26,487 nt of DNA from Terriglobales bacterium (GTDB lineage: Bacteria; Acidobacteriota; Terriglobia; Terriglobales; Acidobacteriaceae). The notes under the pieces were generated by a model. That model was given only the letters and a program-made list of their open reading frames with translations, had not been told where the DNA came from and ran no database searches. Shown here piece after piece: positions 1 to 8,768 of this stretch. The first letter of the stretch is position 1; every line of letters begins with the position of its first letter. The stretch is from the NCBI GenBank assembly GCA_019241735.1, contig JAFAWN010000114.1:1-26487 (forward strand). Direction: 5' to 3'. The translations under genes and the position numbers were made by a program.

Positions 1-2
1 TG

Positions 3-365
3 GAGGCATTGCCGCGAGATCTGAGATATGCCTTCGAATTCCGCGACCTGAGCTGGATTCGACCTGATATTGACAAGCTCCTCGCCAGATTCAGGGCCGC
101 ATTCTGCATCTATGAACTCGCCGGCTACCAGTCTCCATTGACCATAACCGGCGACTTTGCATACGTGCGTTTGCATGGGCCGGGTCCCGCCAAATATCAG
201 GAGACCTACAGCACCCAGCGCCTTCGCGGGTGGAGCAAACAGATCGAGGATTGGGCGAAAGATCTGGCTGCTATCTACATCTATTTTGATAATGATCAAG
301 CGGGCTATGCAGCTCGGAATGCCCAGACCCTCAAGCAGATGGTCACTGGAAAAAACCCCCGATAG
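3..365 (+). CDS. DUF72 (YecE-like) family protein, C-terminal part; 5' end lies outside the window
   Basis: Frame is open from base 3 (EALPRDLRYAFEFR...). It shows DUF72-type motifs AFEFRDLSW, FAYVRLHGP and YIYFDND, with a stop at 363-365. Confidence 0.9.
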   Translation, partial: EALPRDLRYAFEFRDLSWIRPDIDKLLARFRAAFCIYELAGYQSPLTITGDFAYVRLHGPGPAKYQETYSTQRLRGWSKQIEDWAKDLAAIYIYFDNDQAGYAARNAQTLKQMVTGKNPR

Positions 366-462
366 AGCGGGAAGGACGCTTGTCTGGCCGCTGGCATCGC
401 CACTTTGGGCCGATGAATGACATTACTGCGAACCAGGCGGGATGGCCGACGACTGACACTTC

Positions 463-1182
463 TTACTCCTCGTACTCATCTGATCCGAGCACCCAGATAA
501 ACGACTGAATGTCGATCAAATCCCGGGGTCGAAGGTCGCGGAGGTCGTTTCCAATTTGGGTGGCAAACGCGAGAAGACTGGAGTAGGTTTCCCACGACGG
601 TCCCGAGTGATAGCGAAAATCGAAGCCGTATTCTCTAGCCGCCAATCGCGTTACCGTAGGCTTTAAGAAGATATGCGTTTCAGGCTGCGCAATGAAGCCA
701 AATACGGTCGCTACCGGCCAGGTAAGCACTCGACTTTGCCTGCGCGGAAGTGCTGCAACAACCTCGCACCACCGGCCAAATTTAGTTTCCAGACTCCCCG
801 CCCCGTATAGAAGGGAGTACAGACCTTCCGCGAAATCACGAGCGCCCGCTTCAGATTTCAACGCATCCCGGATTGCCATCTTCTCAAACGAGAAAAGAAG
901 ATTTGTCCGGGACTCAATCCTGACTACCTCCGCGCCAATCTCCAGAAACTTCCCCTGGGATAGTTTTGACCGAAACGCCTCACGATCCAGTGAAGCCTTC
1001 CATTCCTGATGCGCCCGCCACTTGTATCCGCGCTCCCAGTCCAGGTAGGTCTCATCGCGAAATCCGTCGTGGAAGAATCTCAGAAACTTGCGCTTGCAAA
1101 GCGCGACAGTGGATCGGCTCTGAACGGACCCAGCGTGCCCGGCTTTGACGAGCTTAGCGTGCGTTGCGGTTCGCGTTTTCAT
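463..1182 (-). CDS. Conserved hypothetical protein (239 aa) with C-terminal PRDLIDIQSFIWV motif
   Basis: Long ORF with protein-like composition filling the gap between neighbours. It resembles a widespread uncharacterised family (recognition only). Confidence 0.8.
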   Translation of the reverse strand: MKTRTATHAKLVKAGHAGSVQSRSTVALCKRKFLRFFHDGFRDETYLDWERGYKWRAHQEWKASLDREAFRSKLSQGKFLEIGAEVVRIESRTNLLFSFEKMAIRDALKSEAGARDFAEGLYSLLYGAGSLETKFGRWCEVVAALPRRQSRVLTWPVATVFGFIAQPETHIFLKPTVTRLAAREYGFDFRYHSGPSWETYSSLLAFATQIGNDLRDLRPRDLIDIQSFIWVLGSDEYEE

Positions 1183-1183
1183 T

Positions 1184-1205
1184 CATCTGTCGCACATCTG
1201 TCGCA
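1184..1205. repeat. 11-bp perfect tandem direct repeat (CATCTGTCGCA x2)
   Basis: Read directly at 1184-1194 and 1195-1205, 1 bp from the start codon of the 463-1182 gene. Confidence 0.9.
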
Positions 1206-1264
1206 CCCAGGCCGTTATTTTTGCGAAGCGGATCCCGCGGACGGCCTCTTTCTCTCCTGCCGGC

Positions 1265-2053
1265 TTAGCTGGCTTTCGGTTTCGCCATCTTTTCGTGCAT
1301 TGCCCCCTTCACCACCCCCGGAGTAACGTTAGCCAGCATTCCTTCCACTTTGGTTTTCAGCGAGGCAGCATAAACATGGTCTTTGCCCGCCAGCAGGGCC
1401 TCGATGCCTTGCCGCGCGACATCCTCGGGCTGGCTTTCGGTCTTGCCCTCTGAGCCTACCTGGGTGTTGTCCATCCCGGCGCGGTGGAAAAAGTCGGTAT
1501 CGGTAGGGCCCGGTTGCAAGGCGGTGACGGAAACGCCGCTGTCCCGGAGTTCATAGCGCAGACTGTGCGCGAAGGTGAGATCGAACGACTTGGTTGCGGC
1601 ATAAACGGCTTCCCGCGGTGCCACCATCTCTCCGGCAATGGACGAAGTGATCAGGATGCGGCCCTGTCCCCTCGCGAGCATATGGCGAACCACATGCTTT
1701 GCGAGTTGCACCGTTCCCGAACAGTTCAGCGAGATCATGTTCAGTTCCGCATCCAGGTCGGTTTCGGCGAACAGACCGCCGACGCCGACGCCGGCATTAA
1801 TACAGGCGACATCCACCTGGCGTCGCAACCCCTCGACCTTCGTCCACAACTGATCGACCCCTTCGCGTTTCGCCAGGTCAGCTTGGATGGCAACCACCTC
1901 CACACCTGACAATTGCAAGGTTTGAGCCGCGTCGTTCAGCCGTTCATCCTCGGCGCAGATTGCAAGATCGTACCCGCGACCTGCAAGTTCCTTCGCCAAT
2001 GCCAGTCCGATCCCGCTCGAAGCTCCCGTTACCAGTGCGAACTGTTGTGCCAT
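1265..2053 (-). CDS. Short-chain dehydrogenase/reductase (SDR family NAD(P)-dependent oxidoreductase)
   Basis: Shows TGASSGIG Rossmann motif, NAG, catalytic Ser (TSSIA) and YAATK (YxxxK). ATG at 2053 has GGAGA 7 nt upstream and is preferred over the ORF-track TTG at 2059. Confidence 0.95.
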   Translation of the reverse strand: MAQQFALVTGASSGIGLALAKELAGRGYDLAICAEDERLNDAAQTLQLSGVEVVAIQADLAKREGVDQLWTKVEGLRRQVDVACINAGVGVGGLFAETDLDAELNMISLNCSGTVQLAKHVVRHMLARGQGRILITSSIAGEMVAPREAVYAATKSFDLTFAHSLRYELRDSGVSVTALQPGPTDTDFFHRAGMDNTQVGSEGKTESQPEDVARQGIEALLAGKDHVYAASLKTKVEGMLANVTPGVVKGAMHEKMAKPKAS

Positions 2054-2232
2054 CGTCAAATCTCCAATCCTTTGATCTTTAAATCCGAGTGGATGAGATG
2101 CTTCTGTGAGTGCACAGGATGTTCAACCAATGCTGCCGCGCCCGTGAAAATTGGGCCCCGCTGTTATTATGGATAGCTACTTTTCCGCGGGATTCGAATA
2201 CATCTGCCGCCGCCGAACGGACAAAATACAAA

Positions 2233-2640
2233 ATGGCAAGACTTTCAGGCTGGAAAGAAATCGCTAGTCATCTACAAACGTCGGTCCGCACCGTCCAACG
2301 TTGGGAGAGGACCGAATCTCTTCCCATTCACCGGCACTATCACCGCAGAGGTACCACTTCTTATGCGATCTCGGAAGAGCTGGACTCGTGGCTTCGCGAT
2401 CGCAGTATTCACTCCCGGGGCGTCAAAGTTGCGGCCCCGAGCATCGGCGCCATGTTCGACCTCATCGGGCAACAGGACGCGCTGATCAACAAGCTGCGGG
2501 TGGTAATTGAAGACCAGCGAAGCCTAAGCCGTCAGATTGCCGATGCCCGCCAGGATTTAAAGCCGCTTCCCGCCTCCGCATTGAAGGAGCACCCAGACTC
2601 TAAGATCGTCCTCCAACTCGTTCCCGGAGCGCGCGAATGA
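2233..2640 (+). CDS. Small helix-turn-helix DNA-binding protein with C-terminal coiled-coil (135 aa)
   Basis: N-terminus MARLSGWKEIASHLQTSVRTVQRWERTESLPIHR is an excisionase/MerR-like HTH of a type common in Acidobacteria. ATG 2233 is chosen because the domain starts there; the ORF track extends to 2110. Confidence 0.8.
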   Translation: MARLSGWKEIASHLQTSVRTVQRWERTESLPIHRHYHRRGTTSYAISEELDSWLRDRSIHSRGVKVAAPSIGAMFDLIGQQDALINKLRVVIEDQRSLSRQIADARQDLKPLPASALKEHPDSKIVLQLVPGARE

Positions 2641-2858
2641 AACAGCAATGCCAACGCTGCTCGGAGCTTTTCAGCAGCGTAGCAGCAGTGCTGGACGATC
2701 TCACATCACTGACCCGCGCGCAATCGGAAGCCTTCAAAGCCGGCGACATGGACGAGTTCACCCGGCTCGACAAGGAACTCGAGAACGCGGTCGGGCTAAA
2801 GGAGCGCAGCATCGGCGCGCTGCGGGAGCACCGCCGGGAGCATGGCCTCGCGGGCTGA
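2637..2858 (+). CDS. Small helical hypothetical protein (73 aa) with N-terminal CxxC and C-terminal HxxxH
   Basis: ATGA start/stop overlap with the upstream gene. Amphipathic helical sequence containing CQRC and HRREH. Confidence 0.7.
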   Translation: MKQQCQRCSELFSSVAAVLDDLTSLTRAQSEAFKAGDMDEFTRLDKELENAVGLKERSIGALREHRREHGLAG

Positions 2859-2869
2859 TCCCTGTTATT

Positions 2870-3475
2870 TCACCGCCTCCCGGGTTTCTTCTTTGAGGCA
2901 CTCCGCGCTGCCGCCGGCCCCCGCCGAAGTTTCCCGTCGTCCTTTTTACTCGCTCTCTGGCGCTCGCCGCCTGCTTGCGCCGTCCGCGCCGCCTCGGCGT
3001 TGATTCCCCCCTCAGCCAGCGACGACAGTTTCTCGTCTGCGGCTTTTTCTTCGTCCAGCGTTTCCTGCAAAAGCTCCGCCGCCTCCGCGTGCCCCATCGT
3101 CTGAGCCCATGCGATTAAAGAGCCGTAGGCAGCCATTTCGTAGTGCTCGGCGCGCTGACCCGCGGCAATCAGGCATGCATCAAGCACCGTCTCTTCGATG
3201 TCCTCTTCGAGAATACTCTTGCCTTCCTCGATGATGCCGGCGATTCCGTCGCAGTGTTTCCCGCGTGGTTTTTCATCCAGCGATGCAAAGACCTGCTCCA
3301 GGCGTCTTATCTGTCCCTCAGTCTCCGCGAGATGGTCTTCAAAAGCAGTTCGAAGCTCGTCCGAAGCTGCCGCGCGGGCCATTTTCGGAAGCGCTTTGGT
3401 CAGCTGTTTTTCTGCGTCATAGGCATCGCGCAGCTCGTCAATGAAGACCTCATGAAATGATTTTGGCTCCGGCAT
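2870..3475 (-). CDS. yciF: Ferritin-like domain protein, YciE/YciF (DUF892) family, with basic C-terminal tail
   Basis: Shows DELRDAYDAEKQL, HLAET, AAGQRAEHYEMAAYG and TLDEEKAAD diiron-type motifs. AAGGA RBS upstream; 31 bp downstream of katE. Confidence 0.92.
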   Translation of the reverse strand: MPEPKSFHEVFIDELRDAYDAEKQLTKALPKMARAAASDELRTAFEDHLAETEGQIRRLEQVFASLDEKPRGKHCDGIAGIIEEGKSILEEDIEETVLDACLIAAGQRAEHYEMAAYGSLIAWAQTMGHAEAAELLQETLDEEKAADEKLSSLAEGGINAEAARTAQAGGERQRASKKDDGKLRRGPAAARSASKKKPGRR

Positions 3476-3506
3476 TATCCTGTCCTTTCGTGTCTAAGGT
3501 TTGAAA

Positions 3507-5888
3507 TTACACCCGCGGCGGATCGGTCTCCCGGGCAAAATGCCGGTGCGCTGCCAGTGCTGCGATAAATCTTTCGAAACCGGAGTGACCCCCCATTATG
3601 ATTCCGGGATCGGCCTTGCCGCCGGGAAGCGCTGCGGCTATACCCGCCCGGTCGAGCAACGACCCTCCGGATCCCATTACCAGGATCGGCTTGCAATGCC
3701 GGTACTGGTCCTTGAGGAATTCCAGACTGCGTCCATCCGCAGCCAGACCCTCAGCTCCATCACCATCCGGAAGCACCACGCCATCGAAGAGTACAGACGG
3801 AAGCGCTTCAAGCGTGCCATCGATTTCCACGAAGGCCTCGCCCTGCCCTGAGACGCGCCCGAGCCGCGAGCTTATGAATCTGGGCACCGCACCGGCGGCG
3901 GTGAGCCGGTCAGCCAGGCCCAGCAGGCCTTCGATATCAGCGCCGTCCGCAACCAGCATAGCCACCCTGCGTCCAGCGATGCCTCCGTCGCCGGGCCTGG
4001 CGAAAAGAGACAGCGCTTTTGACACCGTTACTTCCGGCTTGACCTTTTTCGTTAACACTTTCGGCATCGGTTCCGGAAGTTCAGTCAGGCCAAGACCTTC
4101 AGCAACCGCCTCGGCCAGCTCAGGCGCTACATTCATCAGCCCGGACACCATGCGTACTCTGATCGCGGGCGTCTGCACCCGTGAAAGCTCGAAACGAAAT
4201 GCATTGACGATGTGTTTCTTTTCAACTTCGGTTTGGCTGTTCCAGAAAAGCGTTGCCTGGCTATAGTGGTCGGCGAAGCGCTCTCCCTTGCCGCGAACCT
4301 TATCGCCGGCGTCTTCTGCCGGCCCCGCATACGAACGGAAGCCCGCTGCGCCCGCCTGAAACGGACAGCCGCCGGCAAGTGAATTGGGCTCATACGAGAC
4401 GCGGCCACGATTAATTGCCTGACGGTGCATACCGTCACGCTGATTGTTGTGCGCCTGCGCCACCGGAGCGTTAATCGGAATTTCGTGAAAGTTCGGGCCG
4501 CCCAGGCGCGAGATCTGTGTATCCACATACGAGTGAATGCGGCCGGCAAGCAGGGGATCGTTTGTGAAATCCAGTCCCGGCACTATGTGGGCGGTACAGA
4601 AAGCCACCTGCTCGGTTTCTGCGAAAAAATTATCGGGGTTGCGGTTGAGCACCATTCTGCCCACCGGGACCAGGGGTACCAGTTCCTCGGGCACGATTTT
4701 TGTGGCATCCAGCACGTCGAAGCTGAATTTTTCGGCGTCTTCTTCGGTAAAAATCTGCAGGGCGAGCTCCCATTCGGGATAGGCGCCCGCCTCGATTGCT
4801 TCCCATAAGTCACGCCGGTGATAATCCGGATCAGCGCCTGAAATCTTGACCGCTTCGTCCCATACCAGCGAATGCGTTCCTGCTTTCGGGGACCAGTGGA
4901 ATTTGACGAAACGGGATTCCCCCTCGGCGTTTACCAGGCGGAATGTATGGACCCCGAAACCCTGCATCATCCGGTAGCTGCGCGGGATTCCGCGATCAGA
5001 CATCGCCCACATCAACATGGCGGTCGATTCCGGCATGAGGGAGACGAAATCCCAGAACGTGTCATGAGCAGTGGCCGCCTGGGGCATGGCGAAATGCGGC
5101 TCCGGTTTCGCAGCATGAACCAGGTCAGGAAACTTCATCGCGTCCTGAATAAAAAAGATGGGGATATTGTTGCCTACCAGGTCCCAGTTTCCCTCGTCGG
5201 TGTAGAACTTCACCGCGAAACCGCGCACGTCGCGGGCGGTATCGGCCGACCCGCGCTCGCCCACGACCGTGGAAAACCGGGCGAAAACCGGGGTGCGCTT
5301 GCCGGCTTCCGAGAAAATCGATGCGCGTGTGAGTTCGGTGAGCGGCTTGTAACATTCAAAATATCCATGCGCCGCCGAGCCCCGGGCATGCACGATCCGC
5401 TCGGGGATACGCTCGTGATCGAAATGTGTGATCTTTTCTCGAAGAATGAAGTCTTCGAGCAGGGTGGGGCCGCGTAGGCCTGCCTTCAGCGAGTTCTGAT
5501 TGTCAGCGACCGGAACCCCGAGGTTGGTAGTCAAAGTGCGACCGGTCGAATCCACCCTCACGCGATCCAGAGGCGCAATGGTTTTGTTGTTGCCGATCGG
5601 CGGCGCGCCGCTGCCCACTTTTTCAGAGGCGTTGGCCTCAGAGACGGTACTGGCGCCCACTATTGGATCAGTAGGCCTTTCAGTCTTGCCTTGTTCCGCT
5701 TCGCCTCCGAATTCGGACGGCTTGTTTTCGTTGAATGCGAACCGCGCTGCCAGTTCCTGGCTGGCGGTGAATTTGTCCTGAAGCGCGCTGCCCTCGGCGC
5801 CCGAAGGGACGGTTGGGCCGCTCACCGTGGATCGGGTGGGCGCCTCTTCCGACCCGGATTTCTTTCTAGGGGGATTAGAGCCTGGCAT
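3507..5888 (-). CDS. katE: Large-subunit heme catalase HPII with C-terminal DJ-1/PfpI-like domain
   Basis: Shows [15 protein letters not shown] (distal His), LVGNNIP, proximal heme signature RIHSYVDTQ and C-terminal [10 protein letters not shown]. 793 aa, GGAG RBS. Confidence 0.97.
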   Translation of the reverse strand: MPGSNPPRKKSGSEEAPTRSTVSGPTVPSGAEGSALQDKFTASQELAARFAFNENKPSEFGGEAEQGKTERPTDPIVGASTVSEANASEKVGSGAPPIGNNKTIAPLDRVRVDSTGRTLTTNLGVPVADNQNSLKAGLRGPTLLEDFILREKITHFDHERIPERIVHARGSAAHGYFECYKPLTELTRASIFSEAGKRTPVFARFSTVVGERGSADTARDVRGFAVKFYTDEGNWDLVGNNIPIFFIQDAMKFPDLVHAAKPEPHFAMPQAATAHDTFWDFVSLMPESTAMLMWAMSDRGIPRSYRMMQGFGVHTFRLVNAEGESRFVKFHWSPKAGTHSLVWDEAVKISGADPDYHRRDLWEAIEAGAYPEWELALQIFTEEDAEKFSFDVLDATKIVPEELVPLVPVGRMVLNRNPDNFFAETEQVAFCTAHIVPGLDFTNDPLLAGRIHSYVDTQISRLGGPNFHEIPINAPVAQAHNNQRDGMHRQAINRGRVSYEPNSLAGGCPFQAGAAGFRSYAGPAEDAGDKVRGKGERFADHYSQATLFWNSQTEVEKKHIVNAFRFELSRVQTPAIRVRMVSGLMNVAPELAEAVAEGLGLTELPEPMPKVLTKKVKPEVTVSKALSLFARPGDGGIAGRRVAMLVADGADIEGLLGLADRLTAAGAVPRFISSRLGRVSGQGEAFVEIDGTLEALPSVLFDGVVLPDGDGAEGLAADGRSLEFLKDQYRHCKPILVMGSGGSLLDRAGIAAALPGGKADPGIIMGGHSGFERFIAALAAHRHFARETDPPRV

Positions 5889-6071
5889 GATTTCTCCGGA
5901 GAGGATGCGTTAAGAGCGCATGCCTCGCGCCCCTTGGAGGTAATTTTGTTCCATGCCGTTGCTTCCGCTGGCGTGCTTTGGCGCACTTTGTCGTGCGCAA
6001 TCCATAAGTTCTGTGTTTTCCGGGGAAATGGGCCGTACTTCTGCCCAGGGCTTGGAGGGGGTCTCTAAAGT

Positions 6072-7280
6072 CTAGAAAAGTGATAACTGTTTACACCTAC
6101 GTCGTGGACCTGCTGGATGAGTTGCCACAGTCCTGCCGCCCAGCGAATCAGAAATCTTAAGTTCACGCGCGACAGTTGCCTCTAAGTCGGCTCTTGGGGC
6201 CTGAGAATGTTCAATGGCCTGCACAAACCGGTCAAGCCGCCGAAGGCCGTCAATTTTGTCTGTGTTTCCCACCTTGGCTGCCTCTAACGAGCGCCTAAGG
6301 ATTTGTAAAGTCTCGTCGTAAGTTTTGAGCGGTACGGGGAAAGGGTGGCCGTCTTTGCCGCCATGCGCGAAGGAAAAACGTGCAGGATCAGAAAACCGTA
6401 TTGGGGTTCCGTGGATTACCTCGGCAACCAGGGCCAGCGACTGGAGAGTTCTAGGGCCAAGCTTCTCTAATAACAATAACGACGCGAAATCATGAAGCTC
6501 ACGCTCGTACGCCGCCGCCAGGACCGCTCCCAACCGCTGGAGGTCCACATCGGCGGCCCGGACATCATGATGCTTGGGCATTGTCAATTTCCGGATATCA
6601 GCCAGAGTCGCATGGGGATGGTTTCGCACAATATTTAATAAAGCCTGTTGCGCCGGCTGGGCGAAAGCGGAGACCAGGTTCATGATTTCCCCCTGATGCT
6701 CGCCGACGATTCCCGCGTGCGGCTCACTGGTAAAATTTTTCACCGCAGGCGAGTGCCAGTGGTACCGGCGCGCCATTCCGCTGGCGCCATTCATTCCTTG
6801 TTGGACGATCGTCCATTCGCCGTTTGCGGCAAGAATGAAGCCGTGGAGATAAAGTTGGAAGCCATCAGCGATGGCATTGTTATCAACGCGCGCCGCCAGG
6901 CGGCTACAGCGCACCAACGCGTCTCCGTTCAAACCAGTCCCGTCCGCGTACCGCAAAAGCTCGGCCGGAGTCTGGCGGGAGTGGCGTCCGCGGCCACCGC
7001 AGATGTAGATTCCCAGTTCCTGAGTTCGCGGATTCAGCCCTCTTTTGAGGGCTCCCAACACTGAGGTGGTGATGCCGGACGAGTGCCAGTCCATCCCCAT
7101 AACTGAACCGAGTGCCTGAAACCAGAACGGATCAGCAAGACGGGACAGCAGCGCTGACACGCCGTAATGGTGGACAACATTTTCGGCGATTGCGGTGCCG
7201 AGAAGCGTCATCCGGTCCGCTAGCCACTTGGGGACACTGCCCCCATGCAGCGGTAGGTTGGCAATCCCGGATCGTCGCAT
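6072..7280 (-). CDS. DUF763 family protein (402 aa)
   Basis: Family motifs ANLPLHGG, GMDWHSSGITT, VQQGM, RRYHW and FSFAHGGKDGHP. HhH-like LEKLGPRTLQSL. Ends in QLSLF. Confidence 0.9.
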   Translation of the reverse strand: MRRSGIANLPLHGGSVPKWLADRMTLLGTAIAENVVHHYGVSALLSRLADPFWFQALGSVMGMDWHSSGITTSVLGALKRGLNPRTQELGIYICGGRGRHSRQTPAELLRYADGTGLNGDALVRCSRLAARVDNNAIADGFQLYLHGFILAANGEWTIVQQGMNGASGMARRYHWHSPAVKNFTSEPHAGIVGEHQGEIMNLVSAFAQPAQQALLNIVRNHPHATLADIRKLTMPKHHDVRAADVDLQRLGAVLAAAYERELHDFASLLLLEKLGPRTLQSLALVAEVIHGTPIRFSDPARFSFAHGGKDGHPFPVPLKTYDETLQILRRSLEAAKVGNTDKIDGLRRLDRFVQAIEHSQAPRADLEATVARELKISDSLGGRTVATHPAGPRRRCKQLSLF

Positions 7281-7410
7281 TCCAAAATTGTACCGTGCTA
7301 GTCCCCGCCCCGAAGTTTCGACAGCTGACAGCGCCTAACCATTTTTTTCAGGATGTAGGATCGCAGAAGCAATTCCTTAGCCTTACTAGGAATTCGCCAT
7401 TCTCATCCGT

Positions 7411-8643
7411 ATGATAAGGCCGATGAAAACCAGCAGCGACTGCTGTCCGCCTGAGCGCCGTCAGGCTGTACTTACCGAGCGGCAGCGTCTAAAGATGGCC
7501 CGCTCGGCACATTCCTACGTTCGGGGGAGCACGCTTAAGTTTTACGAATGGCTGAGTTCGTCCCTGGCGCGGTCATTGCCACAGGGTCCGCCCGTGTGGA
7601 TTTGCGGCGACTGCCATCTGGGAAACCTCGGCCCGGTCGCCGACGCCAATGGCCGGGTGAAGATTGCTATCAGAGACCTGGACCAGACAGTCATAGGAAA
7701 CCCTGCCCACGACCTGATCCGCCTTGGGCTCTCGCTGGCAACGGCGATCCGCGGATCAGATTTGCCAGGCGTGACCACCGCGCTCATGCTGGAACAGATG
7801 ATAGAGGGATATGAGAGCGCGCTGACCCATCCGGAAAACACCCCAAGAAAGTCTGCCTCGCCCGCATCTGTCCGGCGTGTGCTGAAACGCGCTTTAAAGC
7901 GGCGATGGCGTCATCTGGCTGAAGAGCGGATCGAAGACGTGAGGCCAGAGATTCCGATGGGCAAGCGGTTTTGGCCGGTCACCATCACTGAGAAGAAAGA
8001 AATCGAACGCATTTTCAAGCTGGCGGAAGTGCGCGCGCTCATCACCTCTCTGAAGGATCGCGACCACGGGGACGAGGTCGAAGTGCTGGATGCGGCCTAC
8101 TGGATGAAGGGCTGCAGCTCTCTCGGCCGGCTGCGGTTCGCCATCCTGCTGGGCGTTGGAAAAAAGACGAAAAGCAGCGAAGGCTTTTGCCTGGTCGACA
8201 TCAAGGAGGCCGTTCGAGCAGCCGCCCCGCATTCCGCGAAAGCAAATATGCCCCGGGACCATGCCAAACGTGTCGTCGAAGGTGCGCTAAAACTATCGCC
8301 GTTTCTGGGGCAACGTATGCTCGCGGGACATTTTTTGAACAAACCTGCGGTTATGCGCGAACTGCTCCCCCAAGACCTCAAACTGGAAATGGATCAGCTG
8401 ACCCGCGAGGAAGCGATAGGCGCAGCGCGATTCCTGGCGTCAGTCGTCGGGCAGGCACATGCACAACAAATGGACAAGACTACAAGACAGCAATGGAAGA
8501 CAATCTTGAAGCACAATCGCAGCAAGAAGCTGGACGCCCCGTCATGGCTGTGGACGAGCGTAGTTGAATTAGTTGCCAGCCACGAATCTGCTTATCTGGA
8601 ACATTGTCGTCAGTATGCACTCGCCGGGGAGAAAGCGCGATGA
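7411..8643 (+). CDS. DUF2252 family protein (kinase-like fold)
   Basis: Shows KMARSAHSYVRGS, WICGDCHLGNLG, IRDLDQT and KGCSSLGRLR. An alternative ATG at 7423 has AAGG upstream. Confidence 0.9.
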   Translation: MIRPMKTSSDCCPPERRQAVLTERQRLKMARSAHSYVRGSTLKFYEWLSSSLARSLPQGPPVWICGDCHLGNLGPVADANGRVKIAIRDLDQTVIGNPAHDLIRLGLSLATAIRGSDLPGVTTALMLEQMIEGYESALTHPENTPRKSASPASVRRVLKRALKRRWRHLAEERIEDVRPEIPMGKRFWPVTITEKKEIERIFKLAEVRALITSLKDRDHGDEVEVLDAAYWMKGCSSLGRLRFAILLGVGKKTKSSEGFCLVDIKEAVRAAAPHSAKANMPRDHAKRVVEGALKLSPFLGQRMLAGHFLNKPAVMRELLPQDLKLEMDQLTREEAIGAARFLASVVGQAHAQQMDKTTRQQWKTILKHNRSKKLDAPSWLWTSVVELVASHESAYLEHCRQYALAGEKAR

Positions 8644-8768
8644 GCCAAAATTCCAGTCCGGAAGTTACCTCCGTGGAACAGCAAACATTTACTGAATGTA
8701 ATTATGGATGTCGCTGCAAAGCTTTGAAGCGGCCGATAATGGCAATCCCGGCCAGCATATCGAATCAT

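Noticed and set aside
2110-2232. 41-codon N-terminal extension of the HTH ORF
   Set aside because: Starts at GTG inside the divergent promoter region and looks non-protein-like. The recognisable domain starts at ATG 2233.
3143-6068. Antisense/overlapping ORFs over yciF and katE (e.g. 3598-4266, 4872-5477, 5691-6068)
   Set aside because: Shadow frames of GC-rich genes with no recognisable motifs.
1-8768. att direct repeat or integrase for a tRNA-Val island
   Set aside because: No second copy of the tRNA 3' end and no recombinase gene were seen in the window.
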